Below, one piece after another: positions 57,101-64,000 of a DNA stretch of 64,000 bases. Source of the DNA: Balanoglossus misakiensis (Eukaryota; Animalia; Hemichordata). The stretch lies in NCBI GenBank assembly GCA_040954595.2, contig CM082586.2, positions 7,347,337-7,411,336 on the forward strand. The letters run 5' to 3'. Under the pieces are notes generated by a model. It was not told the DNA's origin and did not search any database. It worked only from the letters and a program-made list of their open reading frames with translations. Each line of letters opens with the position of its first letter. Position 1 is the stretch's first letter. Made by a program: the position numbers and the translations under genes.

Positions 57101-59809
57101 TTACGTAAGGGTTTTTGATTTTTGACTCTCTGCAACGGCAGTCAAGTGGCGTGAGCCGACTAGAAAACAGACAAGTTGTACTCGGCCATGAGCGACGGGG
57201 ACTGGAATCTTGTAATCCACGTGGGAGCTCGGTGTTGAAGTTCAGCACGTCGGGTATGTCCTGTTGGTTTGAATTCAGCGTTGCTCTCGGACTTAAAATG
57301 CATGTCTACGCCAGCAACTGTAAGTGAAGTGAACCTGTTACTTTCTTCTGAGAGGACTTCAGGAAAGAACTGTGTGAGAAAGCAGCACGCCAGCGTGAAC
57401 CAGCGTCGGGTCGGTGCGGAGAACTCACGGAACACTTAATTATCGCGTCCGCTCACCACGTGTGTAATATTACCGCGGAAGTGATACAAGTTTCTTGAGG
57501 ACATTACAATATTTCAGTAAGAACCCTAGTAACATTTAAGTTTCAGTGCTTGTACTATGATATTATTTTTCTTCCTATGACAAATAGATTCTCAGTGAAA
57601 CGTATAACTTTGGGTGTTTAGTGTATCATTATGATAGTTGTTGCTGTCTGGGTGTTTGTGTTGCGAGTTTTTGGTTCGTAACATTGGCTTAATTGAGAAG
57701 TTCGCCTGACAATTGTATGCTTAATACATAAATACGCTGAAATACAAATACGGCAAAATACATGTGTTCCTTAAAGCTCCGGTTATCTAAGGTAAAAGTG
57801 ACGTCACGTTCGATGGCGATTTCAGTTGAAATGGGGCCAATGTTCGCTTGTGTCATCAAATTATTCGACAGATCCACGGAATGAGGAAAGCTAGTTGTAA
57901 AGTTTACATAATATCCGGTTCATTTCCGTGTAACATTGATAAGGCTGTATCCGGAAAATTGATTTCGCTGGAAGGCATGTGAATTTTTCACTTCTCTTGG
58001 TGTTTCACAGGTTTCTCGGTATTGAAAAAATGTGCATTCCCATATCTTGTCCATACAAGTTGATTCCCTAACACACATTGTAGTCTGAATCGTTCCTTTA
58101 CATCACCTATTACCGACAATGCCACCTGATTCAAAGTAGTAATCATGTGTGACAGAAATCACATTTTAACAGAGTGGTCACGTGCGTCTTAGGAATTACT
58201 GCAAACATGTGACGTCACGTTGTAAAATTACAATCAACATCGCGTCTGGTATCATGTTAAACAATCTGGGAGGTGTCCTACTTAAAGTAATATTTAGCTA
58301 CGTCTTCTTGTACGATAACCAAATTGCATTGACAATTTTTGCTACACTGTATACTTTAACCAATACCCTAAACTGCAATACGGACCGGTTTGCTTTCGCT
58401 TATAGAAGGCAGATTTTGCTGCGGCGTGCATTTGAGATTTCGCAATCGGACACCGCTGCCAAATTCCGCAGTCAAAATGATTGCTTCTATGACGTGGCAT
58501 ACCATTAAAGGTTTCCCAGAGAAGTGAATTGTAACTGTGGTTATTTATTTTTCAAATTTACTTGTCATGGGTCCACTAATGGATGGATCCGGGAGATTAG
58601 TGACTACAAAATGCTTTTTGCCCAGTGTTGGTAATTAGCGTCGTTCTGCCAGGGCCCAACGGTTGATTTTGCCCCACGGTCGAGAAGCTACACATTACCT
58701 AATTGTATTTCCAGATTACCGCGTGGGATTAACGGAAAGCAGCCGAGGAAAGACAACTACTAGCACCGTAAATACCAGTTCAATGACTGAGAGCACCGCA
58801 GTTCAACTAAAGTAACGGCCTCAACAAGGAATTCGAATGGGCGGCAATAAAGAATCGAATAAATAACTCGGTAAGTCTTCATGTATATAGCTCACATTGA
58901 ATTCCAATGCTGATTGGAATTGGGCGTCTTCAACGGAGCCATTCCGTTCACTGACGCAAACTTTTGTGTATATGCAAACGACAAACTTTAGTAAAGTGGT
59001 TAATGCCTTCGCCCTTTACTTATGGTGCAACATTGGTTTCCGACTCGGAAGAATAACCTCTGGTCGGTCGGTAGGCGTGGTCAACTTTTGCTTACATTTG
59101 CAAACTCTGGTCTGAATGGAAACGTTCACATTTGCCTTCCAACAGTGAATGAGATATAACATAAACATGCCATATTCCAACAAGGTGTTGAGCCAAAAAA
59201 TGCATCGAGCGCGTTAAAGAAAGATGCCACTATAGTGATTATTATCTCGGTTTACTTTATGCGCTATTGGCCCAATACTACAGCAACCGCTTTACCAGAC
59301 TCGCTTCCGGATACATGCGCGCTAGTCGATCGGTCGCTTGAATATATAAACAGGTGTTGAAAAAGTCCACTTACCCCGCGATTCGTTCTTGAATGACGTG
59401 TAGTCTACATCAAACCTTACGCTCCCGTTGAAGTTGTCGTCCTCCGTCACTATTTTGAGAGACAGCATGGCGCCTCGGGTGAAAAATGATTTCCAGTGCC
59501 GCGTGGACAGTTGTCGTCCGCAGAGGCGCGCGTCTTGACCCAAGGGCTGGCCGTAAATGGGGTCAAACAGTTCCAGATAGCCACCAGAACAATTTCGGTG
59601 TGTCTCACCGTCCACACTGTATTGCCACGGAAAATTCAAGTCCTCCGGAAACGTCAGTGACAGTTTGTTTCCCTGTGTAACTGTAAACGCCAAGGAACAG
59701 TCTCGCCTTCTCAGCAGTTGATCCTTGGTAAAGTTCACCGACAGAGTTCCCGCCGGTGCAAGCATTGTGACGTCATGGATGGGGTCTTGCGTGCATTCGG
59801 TTATTATCA
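39233..59809 (-). CDS. Type I membrane protein, CUB-LDLa-LDLa-TM-short tail (NETO/LDLRAD-like architecture); signal-peptide exon not located
   Basis: Phase-1 exons: 59809-59375 (CUB-like: DCSLAFTV..GNKLSLTF..NCSGGYLELFD..RLCG..FDVDYTSF), 56658-56518 (CIDPRLKCDGITNCPN..SDE), 41846-41724 (LCDGRVDCPNGSDE), 39501-39233 (TM VVTIICGVILIILFTICLY, CCCCPPPP, ends RVSSL*). Linking across the 14.7-kb intron rests on phase and domain order. Confidence 0.8.
42683..42853. mobile_element. MITE family C, hairpin copy, TIR CACCCTTTTCA
   Basis: CACCCTTTTCAAAAGTCTAG...CTAGACTTTATGAAAAGGGTG with internal inverted GAATTTGAACTCAAAGCGAGGC / GCCTCGCTTTGAGTTTAAATTC. Confidence 0.85.
44367..44465 (+). mobile_element. 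Partial copy of MITE family C
   Basis: TACACCCTTTTCATAAGTATAGCGCCCTCACGCAGCCACCATGAATTTGAACTCAAAGCGAGGCCAAT matches the left arm of 42683. Confidence 0.8.
48983..49288. mobile_element. TTAA-flanked MITE family E (Kolobok/T2-like)
   Basis: TTAAAGGGCGACGATCGTCTTATGCGCATGTGC...GCACATGCGCATAAGACGATCGCCGACCTTTAT inverted termini, internal CAAGATGGCGGC. Related ends at about 236 and 39602. Confidence 0.8.
50341..50436. repeat. Local direct duplication, two about 41-bp units with period 55
   Basis: TCAATCTTT(GGT/AGC)CCGAATCAGGTTCATATTCAAACAGTATT occurs twice. Confidence 0.85.
51072..51198. repeat. Compound (GAT)n/(GGT)n microsatellite
   Basis: Directly visible. Confidence 0.95.
55837..56090. mobile_element. 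Diverged MITE family B copy
   Basis: ATAGGACATTTGCATGACCTCTACATGACCTTAAATCCTCGTACTTC...GAAGTACAAGGATGTAAGGTCATAGAGGGGTCATAAAAGTGACCAAT form inverted arms similar to the 3989 element. Confidence 0.7.
56745..56862. repeat. Compound trinucleotide microsatellite (GGT/GAT/G/CGT/GTT)
   Basis: Directly visible, lying between two duplicated splice-acceptor-like sequences. Confidence 0.9.
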
Positions 59810-61368
59810 CTGTTATGAAATGAAAATTGAAAGATAGAATTGGTCAGAACCGTTTAAGTTTAATGAACTTGATACAGGCAAATGTAATCGAAATACAGTA
59901 AAGGAATAGTATACAATATATGGGGGACTGACTCCCTGTAAAAGTAGTCCTCTGCGCAGCAGCGCCCTCACTTGTTCGTTTCCCCCTCATAGCCATCGAT
60001 ACGTATACCGCCGCCATTTTGTCGTCTGTGTTTTGCTCATTCAATTTCCAATCATTACACAATTGAGGGGAATTAAAGTTGCCATGTGGTACACAAATAG
60101 GTGATTAAACCCTATAGCATCGTAAAGCGACCCAAGTAGCTTCTTTCCTTCAGCAGGAAAAATAAATATGCAAGAGCAACAGGCAAACTAAAATGGGGTC
60201 AGCACGCTGTAATTATCAGTCTGATGATCAAATGTTGATAAAACATGGCACCCACACCTTCTATTACGGGTCTCATTTCGTATCGTTTTAATGTGATATT
60301 TAAATGAGTGTTGTCTATGTAGTAAAATAAGTGCCGGTATCATTATATCTGAAGGACACCATTCATATATAGTTACATAAAAATATCCCATTTCCTCCTA
60401 AGTTACTTGACGACAAGACACATCACAACTCAAGCCTTGAATTATGGTGACGACAGACCAACTGTGATCACCCTTTATTAGCATTTTTCAACGGTGATAA
60501 ATCCTTAGAAACTAAACTAGTTCAATACCATGACTATACTGAACGTGGTACACCCGTCTTGTTACGAGGCTTAGTATTAGTACACTGCAGCTGTAGTCCA
60601 TGATTAAAGACGCCTCAAGCTTTACTGCACACTTGTCGATGAAGAAACAACGTCCTGTCACTCTTGCTTGTGTGCGATATTTAAATTCTTTTCGAAGTCG
60701 GTGTAATTGAAAAAAAATCATTACAGCTATCACATTCGCTATTGATTTTTTAGCTTTGTTGGACAGTCTGCTTGGCGGAGAGGCAAAGACCTGTCAATCA
60801 TACTCGTCAAAAATTCAGGTTTATGTGATAGTATATGAAGGTTTGAGTGATTGTATATCACGGTTTAGATTATAGCAGGATATCACAAGAAAACATGACA
60901 CACACACATAAAAACAATGCCATGCACATATGCTGTGGCACAGCGGCTGTTAATGTTGGGAACTAAAAGAACGGACTGCAATATCACGCGGTATCTACTA
61001 AAATCTCCTCCCCTCCAGAATAACACGGAACATAAATTTCATGTTCTGACGCGTCTGCAAACAAAGGCATGTCATTTTCCATTTAAAGCAGGAGAGCGTT
61101 CTCGTTTCTATTCTTTTCAAAGCACATGCGCATCCCGGGTTTTAAACGGTCGCGGTGACATAAAGCACTTAGCCGGCACCTGTGACTGAATTTTTATGTA
61201 TTTTCCGTTATAAATCAAACAAACGGATGATTGCCGCGACTGTAAAATGTTCAAATTGCCCTGTTCGTTTCAGGGTTTGTTGTAATAAAGCGTCACCTTT
61301 GCTGGTGTCGCAGTGTGTGATGTGTGTGGCTTATGAGCACAGTTAGACGCCCTTCGATTCCTCCATTT

Positions 61369-61728
61369 TTGAAGGGACAAAGTCTCTCTCTCTCGCTGCC
61401 TTTTTTAATTATTAATTATGTTTGATACAAGACACCGTTTATGTTATTCTGCATGTGGATATATAGTGAATCAACGTTCAACCACACACACCATCCGTTC
61501 CGCTTGTAGACACGAGAGTGAAAAACTCGCCAAAAATGAATAAGTGGTGTTTACCATTTATTCATTTTGGCAAGATTTTTACTCTCATATCCTACAAACG
61601 GGATGGAAGTTGCGTGTTGTCGAACGTTGATTCACTATATATCCACATGTAGATTAACATAAACGGTGTCTTGTATCTAACATAATTAATGGAAAAGGGT
61701 CAGCGAGAGAGAGACTTTGTCCCTTTAA
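61369..61728. mobile_element. Fold-back MITE family D copy
   Basis: AGGGACAAAGTCTCTCTCTCTCGCTG...CAGCGAGAGAGAGACTTTGTCCCT|TTAA, highly similar to 25253-25579. Confidence 0.88.
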
Positions 61729-61816
61729 GTACGAGTAATTGGCAAAATCGAACTGTGTCGTGATGATGCAGACACTCGATCATGAAACTGCATGGATGTT
61801 CAAGTGGACGAGGCAG

Positions 61817-63096
61817 TCAACTATTTGGTGTATTAGAGAACCAGCGTTTTTTGTTCGTCTAAAAGAGAAGACGTCACCCACTCGCTTCTTGGAGTGTTGA
61901 CATTGAAATGCAACGTTTTATACATGTCCGGAAAATGTCGATTGTGAGCAGGATGGCTCATCTGTACAGTCACGTTTTGAGGTCAATTATCAACAAGCCT
62001 TGAAAAGTGGAAATTCTGTCCTGTTTGTTTTTCTATGTAGCACAGATGAAGGGCCGACTGTTTTTTTATGTGACCACGACTCGATGTTTTCGCGAGGGAT
62101 GATTAAATAATGATCATGCCTGATGGCGTTCAGGTACCGGATATGCTCGCAGGTAAAATAATTGGAGTTTTATGTTTACGTGACAGTTGAGCAAGACGTC
62201 GCCGCGAGTGACGTTGTTCCATGGCAACGGCGCGCGGTCTCCATGGACAAGACAGGATGCGGCGGTTAGACTTTTTAAATCAGCATTATCATATCCGGCG
62301 GTACCCGCAAGTCGAAAATCGCTCGCACCATCGAAAAGTGTTGGCGTATACACGTATGACGTAGTGACATCATCGCCCGATACGTATGCTTTGTTGTTTT
62401 CATCCAACCCGTCTCCTTTCCTTGTGCAAAAAACATTGTAGCTGAAATTGAGATATAAAACAAAACTGCGCATAAAAAGATTCTGTCAACACGCCAACGC
62501 CCCTTATGTGTCCTGAAAATAATAACGTCTAGATGCTGATAGCGTGTTTATAAACAGAAAGTCGTACAGTTCAGGCGACTACCCCTTTAAACTTGCATGT
62601 TGTGTTGATTAGTTTAATAAGCTACCTCTCCTTTCCAAATCAATTTTGCAACGTTTATTTGCAACGTCCGAATGGAATATGTCTAGCCCAAGGATCATAT
62701 TGTCTGATTATGATTGAGGTTTTCTCTAAGGAAGCCATATCAGTTTTGCATCAGGGGAAGGGTGACCACGGGGTCATGTTTTGACTCTCGCGTGAAATAG
62801 ATTCACACGAGAGTCATACCTAGTCTCGCCTAGCCTAACTCTCCACGATAACATCGAGATCTCTTGCATCTGACCTACTTCCGGGATCAATCCCCCAGAG
62901 TAGTGTCATCGCAATATCAAGGCGAGCCGTCACCTTTATGTAAAATGCATATCGGGGCCCCATGCGGATATACTGTGTCTGTACCGACAGCTGTATACAC
63001 TGTGCCGCTTCAGATGCCTGTGAAGCGACTCCCGTGGCCGACTGCAGGGGACCTTCTTTGACGCAAAGATCATGATGGTTTGAACTTTCAGTATAG
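61817..63096 (-). CDS. Possible 3' exons of an unidentified gene entering from the right edge
   Basis: Phase-compatible candidate exons 63096-62875, 62420-62180, 61858-61817 (stop). Middle exon has ENNKAY and GYDN tyrosine motifs reminiscent of cytoplasmic tails. No recognisable domain, weak donors. Confidence 0.3.
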
Positions 63097-64000
63097 CTGC
63101 ACAAAGATAGACTTAGATATACCTTAAACATCAAGACGATGTTCAGAAGTAACAGAGTGTAACCATGACTTTCATTATTGTAATATTGACCACGCATTTG
63201 TTGTAGTACCGTTTGAGTGTCATAACAGGCCAGTGCCCATACAAGGCAATCATTTGTTTGCTGTTGGAAGTTCAGAGTGATCTTGTTCTGACGCTTATTG
63301 TAGGCTATGGTTGGTCATCATCCCTGCGTTAGCACCCGGCTTGTAAATATGACAAGTAGCTCATTAACGGTGGGATGACGTGTATTGAATATCACACATG
63401 GCGTGGATTTTAATGCAAAAGTAGAATAGAATTCTAAATGAATGTGAATGCGACATTAGAAGGGCACTTGAATACATTCTGCGATGAATAGTCAATCAAG
63501 GAAACGGGCAAGGTTACATCATGAGAATGCTTGGACCTGGAGTAGATACACGACCGTTTGTTTTGTGACGTCTCTATATCTCGATCGACTGCGATTTCCT
63601 CCACGCACTCAAACAATCAATTCAGTCTGTTGTGCGGAATTATCGTTCTTGACGTCACTCATGATGACTGCGCTGGTCGCAACCTATCAAATCAGTCGCA
63701 ACTAAAATCTCCATTTTGAAAGAAAAAAAAACACGGCAGAGGTAGGCAATGAAACCATTCGAAATGGTGCAGTATGAAAGTGTTAGTCGCAAATTTTCAG
63801 CATATCACGTTGTTTTCACGTCATCTTAAAATAATATGTCAGAGCTGCTTAAGGCGCCTGGTATGTAAGTGGTTAGAGGGGTTAAGCTTGGAAAGTTCTT
63901 TGCACCCTTGTTTAAAGGTCGAGCAAATACCAAGAATTCTTCTGGTATTTCTCTGGCATCCAAACCATTAGCATAGTAAAGTCCAGCCTGTCAGTCGAAG

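Noticed and set aside
59950-60610. Candidate start/signal-peptide exons for the CUB gene (ATG near 60018, 60483, 60601)
   Set aside because: None combines a convincing signal peptide with a phase-1 donor; left unassigned.
62783-62817. Small hairpin TGACTCTCGCGTGAA...TTCACACGAGAGTCA
   Set aside because: Too short to call an ncRNA; probably a MITE remnant.

Overview
Animal genomic DNA with GT-AG spliceosomal introns, roughly 40% GC and little CpG depletion. Gene content and repeats suggest a marine invertebrate deuterostome such as a hemichordate, echinoderm or lancelet (inference). I reconstructed exons by hand. On the + strand are the 3' end of an FAD-dependent oxidoreductase ending in a peroxisomal SKL signal and an intact 7-exon GDP-L-fucose synthase (GFUS/TSTA3)-family gene. 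That gene has both epimerase catalytic residues replaced (Cys->Ser, His->Asn) and carries a U12-type intron. On the - strand are an uncharacterised Ser/Pro/Arg-rich protein, a 9-exon SLC22 transporter, an 18-exon DEG/ENaC channel with a 340-aa (LDLa)3-PAN-(LDLa)3 cassette in its extracellular loop, a CUB-LDLa-LDLa-TM protein with a PDZ-type tail, and possibly the 3' exons of one more gene. Several MITE families, a LINE 3' end and microsatellites occupy the introns. Most ORFs in the supplied track are spurious or only partly overlap real exons. No prokaryotic systems, CRISPR arrays, rRNA or tRNA were seen. Reference-protein comparisons are from memory, not database searches.
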